Shown: positions 23,801 to 36,429, counted from the first letter of the stretch. The stretch is 64,000 nucleotides of DNA from Macrostomum hystrix (GCA_950097015.1 CATNEN010000007.1:5952001-6016000); one strand, 5' to 3'. A program made the numbers and translations. The notes: a model not told the origin generated them from the sequence alone.

Positions 23801-26800
23801 GGATCCGGATTCCAGAGTGACAGGTAGGATCCGGATTCCAGAGTGACAGGTTGGATCCGGATTCCAGAGTGACAGGTAGGATCCGGATTCCAGAGTGACA
23901 GGTTGGATCCAGATTCCAGAGTGACAGGTAGGATCCGGATTCCAGAGTGACAGGTAGGATTCCAGAGTGACAGGTAGGATCCGGATTCCAGAGTGACAGG
24001 TAGGATCTAAGCACCTGAGGATCCCATCCGTGAGAGCAAAAGAACGCACCTGTTTGTACTCGTGAGCCCCGCTGGCAGCGTGCGACAGACGGCAGGCCAG
24101 GCGGGACCGCATAGTGAAATAGCTGCGGCTGTCCAGCACAGAGCGCAGGTCGGCACGGAAGTTCTCAAATCGATGCGGCGACAGCAGGCCGAGGCTATTG
24201 TGATGGTGAAAGGCCAGAATAGGCGGCACGTCAGCCTGGAACAGGTTGCTGGCGTACAGGAGGCTGCCATCGCCGCCGATGCACACAATGAGGTCGACAG
24301 CGCGGTCGCTGCAGAAGCTAAACTCTTGGTAGACAAAGGTGTGCAGCCGGCTGACCACGTGGGACAGCGAGTTGCTAGCGGGGTCTTCAGCTGAACCGGC
24401 GTCAGCGTCGATGGCGGCGGCGGCTGCGCTCAGCTCTGCGGCAGCGTTGATTTCAACCAGAACTACAAGGTTGAGATCCTATGCGAATGGAAGGAGATAG
24501 AAAGGAGAATAAGGAATGCAGCATGCATAGACAGCATTGGTAGCCGATTTTTCTGTGTTAACTTTATGAAAATAAATTTGCATTCGCATTTTGAAACCTG
24601 ATATTTGCCACTGGCGGTGGTCCCCAACGCATCAGTTTCACACGCCAATTCCACCGACCCGTGAGCTCACACACACTCACACAGTACATCTGCCATGACT
24701 TTCTCATAGTCAGGCATTCTCACTGTGCATTGGGCCTCAGGGGAGTAAAATACAAGACAAGCTCTAAGCCTCTCTGTCTGAGACTGCAGTCCGTATATAT
24801 TGAACTGTTATTTAACTCTACAACAACAAAATCTGGAAAAGGAGTTCTCACAGTCACTTTTTGTGCTCTGTATTCCGCTACAAGCAGAAACCGAGAATAC
24901 AAAACTCATGCCTTGTCTCCGGTGACACAGGGTCGAGGTGGAGCGAGCCGCCAGCCACTAGCTTCTCACACTGATAAGCAAGCACTGTTATAAGCACTGA
25001 TCGGGTATGCACTGTTACTACTGGGACTCACTGTGACTAACTGAATAAGAACATGCTCTAGTTACATTTAGATCTGGTAGTCTGTTAGATTAGCTAACAA
25101 TTGACTGAGAATATTACTGTAGTTCAAAAGTCCAATACCATACAGAAAGGGACCCGAAACAAAAACTGTGGGACAGGAGAAAGACATGAGACATGAGAAG
25201 TTGAACTTCGTTCTCTACTTCGACTCTACACTTTGGACATGTTCGATTTTCACTGGCAATTCTTGGTCTTGCAGTTCTCAATGTCTCGCAGGCCAGTTTG
25301 TGGTTTCACAGATGAAATCGGGACATTGTGTGCCTTTGTTCTGGTTTAGAGATTACTGTTAGGTACTTTTCCTTAGAGAAATCTCTCTTATAGACGTGTA
25401 AAAAATCCGTCACCATGCCGGACTCACCGTCACCAGATGCGTGAGCAGTTCCACAAAGTCAGGCAGCAGCGTCGGATCCGGCTTCTTGATGGCCATGACC
25501 CGCCTAGGCAGATTGTCGGCCCACTTCAGCAGGTGATTGTCCAGCTTGCTGTCCTTCAGACCCCTGCCAGATGAATTGTTGACTCACTTTAGTGCCTATC
25601 GAGATACTAAGTCTAGAGCATTAGATAAGCTATTGCCACTAGTAATAAGTTCATTTAAGTACAGTGCACACTTCGATTAAGACGAAAAGTAAAAATCTGT
25701 TAAAATAAAAGACTGTTGTAAGCAGTAATAGACTGATATTAAAAGGAAATCTTTATTGCCAACAGGCGAGTTACGATTTAATCCAACCTGAAATTCGATG
25801 CAGATTTAGTACATCGAGTCCCCAGTACTGGTCCAATCCACCCACCCTCCACCCATATGCAGCCCCAAGTTGTAGGTCGATTGACCATTTGACTCGCTGT
25901 TATTTCTCTCTGCTAAGCGTGGCTCTGCCTCTACATTGAGCCAATCAGCTCTACGCAGATTTGTCCTTTATGCTACTAATTCAAATTCAAATTCTAATCC
26001 TAATCCCAGTTCTAATTCTAAAGGAGAGATGAGACAGGGAGAGATGAGACAGGGAGAGATGAGACACGGGAGAGATGAGACAGGGGAGAGATGAGACAGG
26101 GAAGAGATGAGACACGGGAGAAATGAGACAGGGGAGAGATGAGACAGGGGAGAGAAAAGACACGGGAGAGATGAGACACGGGAGAGATGAGACAGGGGAG
26201 AGATGAGACAGGGGAGAGATGAGACAGACGAGAGATGAGACAGGGGAGAGATGAGACAGGGGAGAGATGAGACAGACGAGAGATGAGACAGGGGAGAGAT
26301 TAGACAGGGGAGAGATGAGACAGGGGAGAGATGAGACAGGGAGAGATGAGACAGGGGAGAGATGAGACAGGGAGAGATGAGACAGTGAGAGATGAGACAG
26401 GGAGAGATGAGACAGGGAGAGATGAGACAGGGAGAGATAAGACAGGGAGAGATAAGACAGGGAGAGATGAGACAGGGGAGGAATGAGACAGGGAGAGATG
26501 AGACAGGGAGAGATAAGACAGTGAGAGATGAGACAGGGGAGAGATGAGACAGACGAGAGATGAGACAGGGGAGAGATGAGACAGGGGAGAGATGAGACAG
26601 ACGAGAGATGAGACAGGGGAGAGATTAGACAGGGGAGAGATGAGACAGGGAGAGATGAGACACGGGAGAGATGAGACAGGGGAGAGATGAGACAGGGAAG
26701 AGATGAGACACGGGAGAAATGAGACAGGGGAGAGATGAGACAGGGGAGAGATGAGACAGACGAGAGATGAGACAGACGAGAGATGAGACAGGGGAGAGAT

Positions 26801-27851
26801 GAGACAGGGGAGAGATGAGACAGACGAGAGATGAGACAGGGGAGAGATGAGACAGGGGAGAGATGAGACAGACGAGAGATGAGACAGGGGAGAGATTAGA
26901 CAGGGGAGAGATGAGACAGGGGAGAGATGAGACAGGGAGAGATGAGACAGGGGAGAGATGAGACAGGGAGAGATGAGACAGTGAGAGATGAGACAGGGAG
27001 AGATGAGACAGGGAGAGATGAGACAGGGAGAGATAAGACAGGGAGAGATAAGACAGGGAGAGATGAGACAGGGGAGGAATGAGACAGGGAGAGATGAGAC
27101 AGGGAGAGATAAGACAGTGAGAGATGAGACAGTGAGAGATGAGACAGGGAGAGATAAGACAAAGAGAGATGAGACAGGGAGAGATAAGACAGGGAGAGAT
27201 GAGACGGAGAGATGAGACAGGGAGAGATGGGAGAAGGGGAGATGGAACAAGGGAGAGATGAGACACTGACAGATGGGAGAAGGGGAGATGGAACAAGGGA
27301 GAGATGAGACAGGGAGAGATAAGACAAGGAGAGATGAGACGGAGAGATGAGACAGGGAGAGATGGAAGAATGGGAGATGGAACAAGGGAGAGATGAGATA
27401 CTGACAGATGGGAGAAGGGGAGATGATACAAGGGAGAGATGAGACAGGGAGAGATGAGACGAGACGAGCATCTGTAAAAAGGGAAGGGAAAAGATACGGT
27501 GGTAAAAAAACAAAGGAGAGATGAGACTCAGAATCCTACCTAGCCACATCAGCTGGTCACTAGTCCCGTTTGATTTCTTGCAGGTCTTTCATACTCACAA
27601 TTTCCTATTCTCAAACTCTGCCCAACAAGGCGTGCAGTAATCAAACTAAATAGGCTTCCTAACCCGACCCCAAGACTCTGTCTAAAAATCAAATTCATTC
27701 AAATTTCTGAAGTTTTATCGATTGCAGCGTTTCGCTTGATTGCTCACCGCTGAAAGTAGGGCTTCCATCGCAGAGTGATGCTGCTCCTGGCGCTGTCTAA
27801 TTCACCTGCGTCAATCGCGCTAGACACGTGAAATCGGCCGTTGCATGACAT
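20883..27851 (-). CDS. NADK: NAD kinase, 5 exons (27851-27748, 25563-25428, 24478-24050, 23259-23002, 21134-20883), ~392 aa
   Basis: Exons join in frame with GT-AG boundaries (total 1179 nt). Motifs: LKWADNLPRRVMAIKKP, DLIVCIGGDGS, VLNEVVIDRG, VQGDGLIVSSPTGSTAYAMAAG, PVCPHSLSFRP, AWVSFDGR, DWFSGLADCFHWN. Confidence 0.92.
21199..22979. repeat. 42-bp minisatellite (cacaggtgagtgcaactgctaWaaactgattacagcctcagt) x~42, filling NADK intron 4
   Basis: Period 42 (21241, 21283, ...). Confidence 0.97.
23395..24006. repeat. 20-bp/26-bp minisatellite (gagtgacaggtaggat[ccggat]tcca) in NADK intron 3
   Basis: 20-bp units up to ~23660, then mostly 26-bp units carrying a ccggat duplication. Confidence 0.95.
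26023..27480. repeat. Purine-rich 15-16-bp minisatellite (gggagagatgagaca) in NADK intron 1
   Basis: Read directly; accounts for the spurious S/L/P/H-rich ORFs. Confidence 0.95.
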
Positions 27852-27989
27852 GGCTTCTGCTTTTTAAGAGCCGACAGTTGGTGTGACAAGTTTCAACTAA
27901 ATGCAAACCGAGAGTAGTATTTAGTCGGCTGCACCCGCACCACTGAGTGGCTTCTTGATAGCGCGATAACCTAGCCAGGCTTCAAGCTC

Positions 27990-28043
27990 AGCTATTGGCT
28001 GGAGCTGCAGTGACCCCAACCTGTGCTTGGCCACGATTGGCTG
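27990..28043 (-). promoter_or_regulatory. Two CCAAT (NF-Y-like) boxes upstream of NADK
   Basis: Minus-strand AGCCAATAG (core 27994-27998) and AGCCAATCG (core 28036-28040), 42 bp apart, ~145-190 bp upstream of the ATG. Confidence 0.4.
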
Positions 28044-30285
28044 CAATGAGTTTTAATGCCAGTTGGTCCGTTGGTACAAGTGCACAACTAGGGCTAGAAA
28101 TAATTCGTTATCGGACCACATATTAACGAGTTTAATTTGGTTAAGAGCCAGAGTGATGTCCAAATCTAACATTTAAGGTCAGAGTTCTATTTCACAGTAA
28201 GACCACATTAGTTTGTGAGCAGCTGTAGGGGCCAGGGGGAGCTGTAGGCTTGGGGATTTGCCATGAAATGATGCTAACAAAGTTCAGTCTTAGATTTACA
28301 CACTTAGATCAGTCTATCTATGCCAGAATAATATTTGCTTGTGTGTGCTTAGGTGTCAGCAGAATGGGTATGCAAAATTTCCGCCATATTGGCAAAAGGC
28401 TTAACTGTGGCCACATTGTGTCAGAGCCCGTGGCCCTTGTTGAATACAAGTATTTTTCAAGTAATTTCTAGTAATAACAATTATAAGGATTAAATTACTA
28501 AAAAAATTGCTAGCTACATCAATATAGAAGTTAAAATAAAATTTAGACAATAAATTGTATATATATAATAAGATATTAGTAATAAATATTTTTGTACAAA
28601 AAACACCCAAAAATGTACAATCATAAAAATTCATCACTATTTCTTCATTTTCCCTTAAAGTTAAGGAATTTATACCAGAAGTATCAGAAATCTTGCCAAT
28701 AAAAAGAAAGCCACATTGTTTCAAACTAACATTGACCCAAGCTCCAAATTTAAAACAAAGCAACAAATTTAAAAGTAAAAATTTTGTTTTTTTGTTATTC
28801 TTTATCAGAATACAAAGAAAAGTTTTAGTAGAAAAAAAATACTACAATATATTTTATTTTATAACAGAAATCATATTTTGCTAGCTTGGTTAGCACATTA
28901 AGCCTATATCAAAGGAAAGACACAACATATCACAGATACCATACAATATAACATGGGGATAGCAGAATAAATCAAGGACATAGCATGATTTAATGAAGGT
29001 CTCTACAAAGAGGGGGAATTACTGCCAGGGTGGAGACTAATTAATTGTTTGCTGAGAATATTGATTGCCTACTGGGGGATATTAGTCGCTAGCAAGGGGG
29101 CAGGACATGTGTTCCTTGCTACTTTAGGGGCATTATCTAGTTCTATGCTACTATGGGAGCATTTGTTTTTGCTGCTAGGGGCAATGAATTCTCTAATACT
29201 ATAGGGACATTTCTCAACTTTTCATCAATTTTTTTCAAATTTGTCTACTAATGAGAGCGTTGGCTCATCTATTACTAGTAAAGCAGATTGTGTTTATGCC
29301 ACCTTATGGGGCTAAATGATTAATAAGTCACAGTATAGATTTGTGAGGAACTTAAGAAGCTTTTATTTAATTTGAGTGGGTTTTGATATAGCCAGCAATC
29401 ACTATATATTGACTTAAAAAGCTGCATTAGGCTAGATAGTTGCAAAAATTATAAAAGCATGTTAATTCTACCATAGACACTTCTTAAGCTTCATTGACAA
29501 TGCCACACCAGTTATGCATATTTAAAATTCCCATGTGTTGCGAGTGCAAATTCAAATAAAAAATTGTAAATGGAACTGTAATATTTATTAACTATTGCAG
29601 TGTACTTATATTTGAAATCTTAAATAATTTTAAAGTCACTAAATGCGTAATAGCCATGAGAGCAGTCTTTTCTTTATCCTCAGATAGAATTTAGACTAGT
29701 CTAAATTGAAATTGGATCTATTTTCTAGATTTTCTAGATTTTTCATAGATTTTCCAGGTTTTTCTAGTTTTTTTTCTAGACTAAATATAATCTAAAGCAT
29801 GGGAAACAATTCCTAATCCAAGAAATTACTTTAAAAGGCTTGGGTGTAATCACGCGTGTAAGCAGGATTTTGTTTCGTGGTAGGGTTACAAAATTTTTGT
29901 AACTATAGCTGCTATACAGGTAACGTGTCTATGTTTATGTATATGTGAATGTGTAGATAAAAATGTATCATTTACGTTTAAGAAGAAGAAATTTAAATGA
30001 CACTTCTTGGAAAGATTTGACTGCTTTTTTCGTTTTCTTTTTTTCACATGTTAACAAATGTACTAATTTATTGCTGCGTAAAGTTTCTGCTTAAAATAAT
30101 TTAAGCAGTTTGGGTAAAGACATTTTTGCTAGGATATCTTCTGGGCGCGTTTAGACATCGAATATTAAAATACTCAGTAAAATATCGTGCAATTTCAAGG
30201 TTGCTAAAGTGCGCCTTGCTATTAAAGGACCTTGCTAAAGTTGCTAAATACTATTAGTACAATCTGTTTCGCTGTGCTTCTTAGA

Positions 30286-30472
30286 GTTTGTGTCCTTTAG
30301 CAAGACACTTAACTCTGCATTGCTTCAGTTCACCCGGCTGTTAATGGGTACCAGCATCAGCTGGGGTAGTTGAGGGTGGGTGTGGCGTCCCCCCAGTCCA
30401 TGGACTGAACAGCTGTATGCAGCCTTCAGATGCACCGCGCAATAGCTGCGGCTGCGGCTGGATATCGGGCCC
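30286..30472 (+). mobile_element. 5'-truncated CORE-type SINE
   Basis: Body matches 44455-44646; the tRNA head is missing. Confidence 0.8.
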
Positions 30473-30760
30473 AATTTCATGGTGCAGGTGTAATCAGTTA
30501 TTTGTGCATGTTATACTCAAATACGACTGATACTACTAATTACTCCTACTACTCCTAGGCATTGTTATTGAACTCTTCTCTTGCCACACTGATCACCAAA
30601 TCTTCAGGTATTAGAAATATTTATAAAAATTTGACGCATATGCCCAGTACTTAAGAAAGCAATCGAACAAAGCACGTAGATCGAACGAACTTGTAAATAG
30701 AGAATTTTGCACCTTTTGAAACTCATGACTTCTGTATTGTACGAGTAGTTAATAGTGACT

Positions 30761-30837
30761 CCGTACCGGAGTTGGACAGGCTCGGCAGCTGCCTGTTCAT
30801 CGGTGCGCACGAGGGCGTGTCTTCCGTGTCGATGTTC
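30761..30837 (+). pseudogene. Orphan ~75-bp fragment of iGluR A/B exon 3
   Basis: gagttggacaggctcggcagctgcctgttcatcggtgcgcacgagggcgtgtcttccgtgtcgatgttc is identical to 32029-32097. The acceptor ccag is mutated to ccgg. Confidence 0.8.
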
Positions 30838-31229
30838 ACTCTTAGTTCGCTACTGACCTGTGCTGACCGGAACAAATCAACTAATTCTCTACTATATGTC
30901 TCTCTAAATTTACATCTTCTGGTGCTATGCGCTTTGAACTGGTAACTTCTTGGGAGCCTCTCCTTCTGAGTCTCTATAATGAGCCGTGTGATACTGCTGC
31001 ACTCCTTGCAAAACTTATCGTAGAAATTTCGATCGCGACGGGGGGCTGAGTGTCACGCCCGTCACTCTATGAGCTGAGACTAGTTGTGATTCTATTGTTC
31101 CAACTCTGCTTAGTTAAGTTGCTAGGTTTAAAAGGCTGCTGTAATAATACTGCAGTGCTTTATTTCTTGAGCCTCGATGAATGAGACAACGTCTCACGTG
31201 TCTCGTTATGGGCTTGTTAATTTTCCAAA

Positions 31230-34200
31230 ATGCAAACAATAACTTTCACTAGCCTTTTATGGACTACAGCCTACTATGTGCTTGTGATCATCAGTAGCAG
31301 AAGCGTTCTAGTTTGTCGCTGCGACATCACACTCGGTAAGCCTGCATAATAATGCAAGAAATGTCGAGAGATTTGCTTTTAAAAACTTCAGGTAATCGCT
31401 ACTTGAAATTAGTGCCAATCGTTGATTTTTAACAAGGATCATTAGTTTTGTCCCATATCCTCAAATCAGTTAGTGTTGTGAGACGCGAGAATGTTTGGAA
31501 ACCCTTGCGCGCACGCGATTACGGAAAAGCTCGTGAAGGTCGGGCCACAGTGGACCAATTAGGTCTGCAAGTCAGCTATCAGCGTGTCAGTTTGGGAAAC
31601 AGTGGGTCCTTATCCTAGGCGCCACAGTTCCGTCAGCTAGTTCACGAGTAACTGGATGTATATATCTATTGGATCAATCAAAATATAAATCAAGAATTTC
31701 TGCCTATCTGTGCAGGAACTCAGGCTGTGCAAAAATAGCTGATTCTAAGAAAAAACAGCTTTGACTCGTAATTTTAGCCTTCTTATGGAACGAGGAGGGC
31801 GTGGCTGCAATCGCCAAGAGTATGTTCGCGAAGAAGTTTCTACCTGGCATTCTGGACGCCTGCCCGTCTGTGTCTGGTGCCAGGGAAACTCGTTTCAACT
31901 TTGTGGAGATTGTGCAAGCCAAGCTTCTTGACATACCTGCAGCATTGGAGGGTAAGGAATCAATCCTCCTTGCTGTCTGCTGTTTAGGTGGGAAAGTGAA
32001 AGTGAAAACTCATTTGTAAACCGTGCCAGAGTTGGACAGGCTCGGCAGCTGCCTGTTCATCGGTGCGCACGAGGGCGTGTCTTCCGTGTCGATGTTCGCT
32101 CAGGCGAACTTGTCAAGCGGCCTGACGCCGGGCTCCGCTGCTGCCCGACGGTACCCCAGCATGCAGCTGCACCGGGTGGCGCCGATCACAGTGCCGTTGG
32201 CTACGGATGGCGTACTGCGGGCCCTCACACTGGCGATGGGCGGCAGCCTGGTCGCGGGCACCGAGTTGAGCATAGTGCTCGGCAGCGGCTACGATGCCTA
32301 CGACGTGGAGCTGTTGGCAGCCCAGTTCGCCGGCTCAGTCCAGATCTACCGACTCGAGCCGGGTGATGAGTACGATCTGCTTGGGGCGCTGATTGCAGAA
32401 TCGTCCACAGACATCCTTCTTATCGCGCGCCCTGACGAAGCCGAAGTTTTCTTGGCGGCCGCCTTCAATAGCCAGATGCTGATTCCTAGTTACCGTTGGT
32501 TTCTGTTCAATACGGTAAGGCTTAGTTTGCTTTGGAACTTAGCCATATTTAGGACCATTGATTTATAAGTTTCCGGAATCGCTGAAAATCACTCCAGCTT
32601 CTGGTTGAAAAGAACAACTTTGATGGCTTCACAGTTATCTCCAGGAACATCACCTCCATGGACTTTGGACCAATATCCAAGCTTATCGACAATGACCTCA
32701 AAACAACTGTGTCTGTCTATATATACGATATACTGTCCATATGGTCGATATATTTAAGAAACATAGTTTGCGACGAGGTAAGTGGCTCTACGTGTTGAAG
32801 TGTTAATTGTGCGATTAAAGTGGAAAGCTGTCATAAATCAAATCGTATACAACTGCAGTCAGGTGAGGTGAGCACCGCATTTGAAGGCCTGACTGGCTTC
32901 TTTCGATTGGCACCGGACGGAAGTGTTTCTAGGCAGGACTGGTTTATGTACTTTTATGCGGGTCTCGGCGAGCAGCGTGAACGGGTGAGCAGGCCATCTG
33001 GTTGATATTAGTTAATTCAAAGAAACAGAAAATCATCACATTGATATACTCACTAACTAAATTATCAAATTAAACCGTATATACTTGACTTTTCGCCTAC
33101 CAAAGATCGGCAACTGGTCTAGCACTGGCACATTTCACTTCGACCCACCTAAAGTTCGCATACCTACGGACGAGCTACTGAAAAGCGAGCTCAACTTGAA
33201 CGTGTTCAAGGTTGTCACCGTGCTGGTAAATTACAATTTATCATATTCGTTAAAGCGTTCGTGATTTTTGACTGGATCTCTGAGAACCAGTTTCGTTCCT
33301 GTGCACAATGCGCCTTGCTCTCTCGCTTCAGGCACCGCCCTTTGTTCAGTTTAAGAAGGGCTATGAAAACCGGACAAATGTCTCTCTCTACGATCGTCTA
33401 GAGGGCTTCGCAATGGACATGTGCAAACTAATTTTGGAGAACATGTCGGTGAGTCGATTTGGTTTTCGTTGGTTAAGAAAAATTTTGCAATGTCGAAAAT
33501 TACGGCTCTGAAAATTTTCAGAGTTTTCAAATTAGGTTTCAACGTTGAGTTGCCAGAACTCTAGGAGTTGATATCGAAATGGCAGAGACAAGCAACACGT
33601 GAAAATTAGTACCGCAAATTAGTACAAGGCCAAGTGATAGTGTATGCACTGTCTGACGATGAGAAAGTCAGGGCAGTTGTACAAACCTGTGAGAGAGTGT
33701 GTCTGCGTACGGTATCTTTGTGTACACGTGTGCTCAGGAGTCAGCGAAATGGGCAGAATTGGTTCCTCGCTGGCTGCGGGTTTATACTGTCACCAAATGA
33801 TGTGCCATTGCCCGCAGTCGGCAGTTATTATAATATTATTGTTTCTTACGCTCCTGAAATTATCTACCCCGAGCAGTTGAGTTCGGTGGAAGTGTTTCTA
33901 CAATCCGACGGTGGCTACGGCTCGCGCGAACCAACCTCGGGCTGGAACGGCATGGTGCTAACTCTGATTGAAGGCTCCGCCAACATGGCCTGTGCTCCAC
34001 TGTCCGACAGCGTGGACCGCCGCTCTGTAATCAAGTTCACCAAGCCAATCAAGTCGTATCAGCTGTCTATTCTGTACTCCAAGCCGGAGCCGAACCCGCT
34101 GACCCGCATGTTTGAGTTTCTCTCGCCGCTGCATCTTTACACCTGGATGGCCCTGCTCGGCTCAGTTCTAGCCTCAGCCCTGGTGATAGCTTTGTTGCAT

Positions 34201-35553
34201 CGACTGAGCCGCAACGAGCACTGCTTTAGCCTGTACGAGACTGTCTTCATTTCGTTCGCGTCATTGATACAAGGCTTAAACGCCTCAATACCAAATCGAC
34301 CATCCGGACAGCTCGTAAGATTTAAAAGTCTGTTTTAACTCGAGCTGTTTCCGATACTAGTTTGGCATATTAAAGTAATTTTGTACTGCCATGCTCAATA
34401 TACTCAATCGATATTTGGCATTATCTATTCTTTTTATTTCCCAACAGGTGACCGCAGTCTACTGGCTGTTCGCGTTCGTCATCCTGGTTGCCTACGTCAC
34501 CAACTACGCAGCGAAGCGGACTCTGGAGCGAGTGCAGGCGGAGATAACAGGCCTGGACAGCCTGCCAGTACAGACGGCCTATCAATATGGCACAATTTCC
34601 GGCTCCGTTTATCTGGACTTTCTGGTGAATTCCAATGACCCGATGCAGCAGGCGGCCTACAGGTACATTTCCAGTGACCCTAAGCAGAGGCAGCCTCCCA
34701 ACGTGAGCCAGGCGCTGGAGAAAGTGCGGAGCGGCAAATTCGCCTTCATCTATAGCTCAGTCATGAATGACTATTTCGCCCAGATCAACTGCAACTTCTA
34801 CGCTGTTGGCAGCTTCGGGCAGGACAACGCAATGCTGGGACTGCCGGAAACCGCCGAATACGACGAGATGATCAACCGGATTATCGACTACCTGGTGAGC
34901 ACTGGAGAGCGCGATCGGATCTTTAATCGGTGAGTGCTTTTGCTTATATGGACATAATTTATTAGCCAGACATAATTTTATCCCGCACAACAGGCAGGAA
35001 AGTACTTTATGAAAAAATCTTCTTCGAGAGAAATTTAGAATGCAGCTGTAGTAAGTGTATTGTTTCTTCTGCTGGTGCGCTAGGAAATTTCTAATTACGA
35101 ATCGAAGTCAGTTTGCGAAGGGATCGCGAATGAAATTTAGTGAAATTTAAATCACTTGGAATTGAGCTCTCGATAAACTTTTCTCACCATTTCAGATATT
35201 TTGAACCACCAGAGAGCGCACTGCCCGACTGCTCAAACAAATCGATGCCCTACGCTATCAGCAATTGGATACCACAAGAGCCAGATTTCTTCAACACTCG
35301 ACCAGGTGCTTTGACCCTCGGCAACACCCTGGGCATCGCCTTAATTAACCTGGCTGGCTGCCTTCTCACTCTGCTAATGGCTGCAGCTGAGATGGCCTAC
35401 CTGAAATTCAAGCATAGGTTTGTTCATCTGCGCGACAGCGCTCACAGGGACAAGCAGCTGCGCCTGGGCGGGATCGCGCTTGGTGCCGCGGCTGCAACTG
35501 ATGCGAAAGGCGAGGATAGTCACACAGATGAGACAATGGAATCACATGTTTAA
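31230..35553 (+). CDS. Divergent ionotropic glutamate receptor-family subunit A, 10 exons, ~861 aa
   Basis: Exons 31230-31335, 31778-31951, 32030-32514, 32598-32777, 32859-32984, 33106-33225, 33332-33448, 33877-34314, 34448-34929 and 35196-35553; all GT-AG and in phase (2586 nt). Signal peptide, ATD end FEGLTG/IGNW, S1 VVTVLAPPFV, EGFAMD, DGGYG..WNGMV, RRSVIKFTKP, FLSPL-M1, M2, M3, S2 YGT, M4, C-terminal ESHV. Confidence 0.88.
33620..33820 (+). repeat. Dispersed hairpin-containing repeat family, copy in iGluR A intron 7
   Basis: Visual alignment to 48375-48566 and to the reverse complement of 16920-17115. Confidence 0.75.
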
Positions 35554-35589
35554 CAATAGAAAGACTACGGGGAGATGTTTAATAAGCTA

Positions 35590-36010
35590 ACTGCCCACTT
35601 CACGATAGCTCCCCAACCAAATGACCGATTTTCGTGAAAGTGCACCATTGGGATCAATATTTTCACACTTTAGCCGTCAGACGTCAGCATCGTTGAGATA
35701 TTCATTGATTCTTGTTGACAAGGACAACTGACATTGCTATGTAAGCTTATGGCGAATCCAAAACGGTTCAATAATGTAATAATAAACAATATACTCAGCA
35801 AAAGTAGCCCACATGCTTGCATGATGACATTTTCTGAGCAGACAATTTATGACTATATTGGTGGATTTTGCCACCAGGCACCTCGACGAGAATCGTCGAA
35901 TATCTCGACGTTGCTAATGTTTTGTGATTCTGGAAGTTGTTTGATCGGATAGTGCGTAAAATTTTAGCTTGAGTTCTGCATTTTCATGACGATTGGTTAA
36001 TTATTTTGGG
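35590..36010 (+). mobile_element. Old non-autonomous element with degenerate inverted ends, copy 1 (3' of iGluR A)
   Basis: Aligns along its length to the reverse complement of 44120-44870 once the SINE is removed. Confidence 0.65.
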
Positions 36011-36373
36011 AGATACAGTAAAAAGAGAACTGTGCGTATTTGAAAACCCCGTGGTCTATCTTAACGGTTCTGCCATATCTACGATGCTATCTACGCCTCC
36101 TGTTGACTTTCAGTCCATGGACTAAAAGGGCGGCCTCACAAACCAAAATTTCTAGCCCAGCTAATTCTCGTACAAGAGGCGAATCTGATTTTCTAGGAAG
36201 GAAGTTTCTAGCTTAAGGACGCGAGATTCGAACTCAGTGTGGTACCATTCAACTACGAGAGGTGTTCCAAAGTCCTTTCCCTTTTGAGCATAGCTCAGGA
36301 TGTAGGATTGCAAAGCGGTTTTCGATGGCTTATAGAACTTCTTCTGTGCTTCTTTTGACACCAAGCTTATGCT

Positions 36374-36429
36374 CAAGGACTTCTATATAATAGCATCTAT
36401 TATAGGATGCTATTATATAGAAGTCCTTG
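36374..36429. mobile_element. 56-bp palindromic mini-MITE with 8-bp TSD (hAT-like)
   Basis: Perfect 24-bp arms caaggacttctatataatagcatc / gatgctattatatagaagtccttg; cttatgct at 36366-36373 and 36430-36437. Confidence 0.85.

Noticed and set aside
23388-24014. 208-aa ORF and the repetitive tail of the 23642-24358 ORF
   Set aside because: Read-through into an intronic minisatellite; the real exon ends at the donor at 24050.
26300-27549. Long ORFs (361, 268 and 217 aa)
   Set aside because: They are translations of the purine-rich minisatellite inside NADK intron 1.
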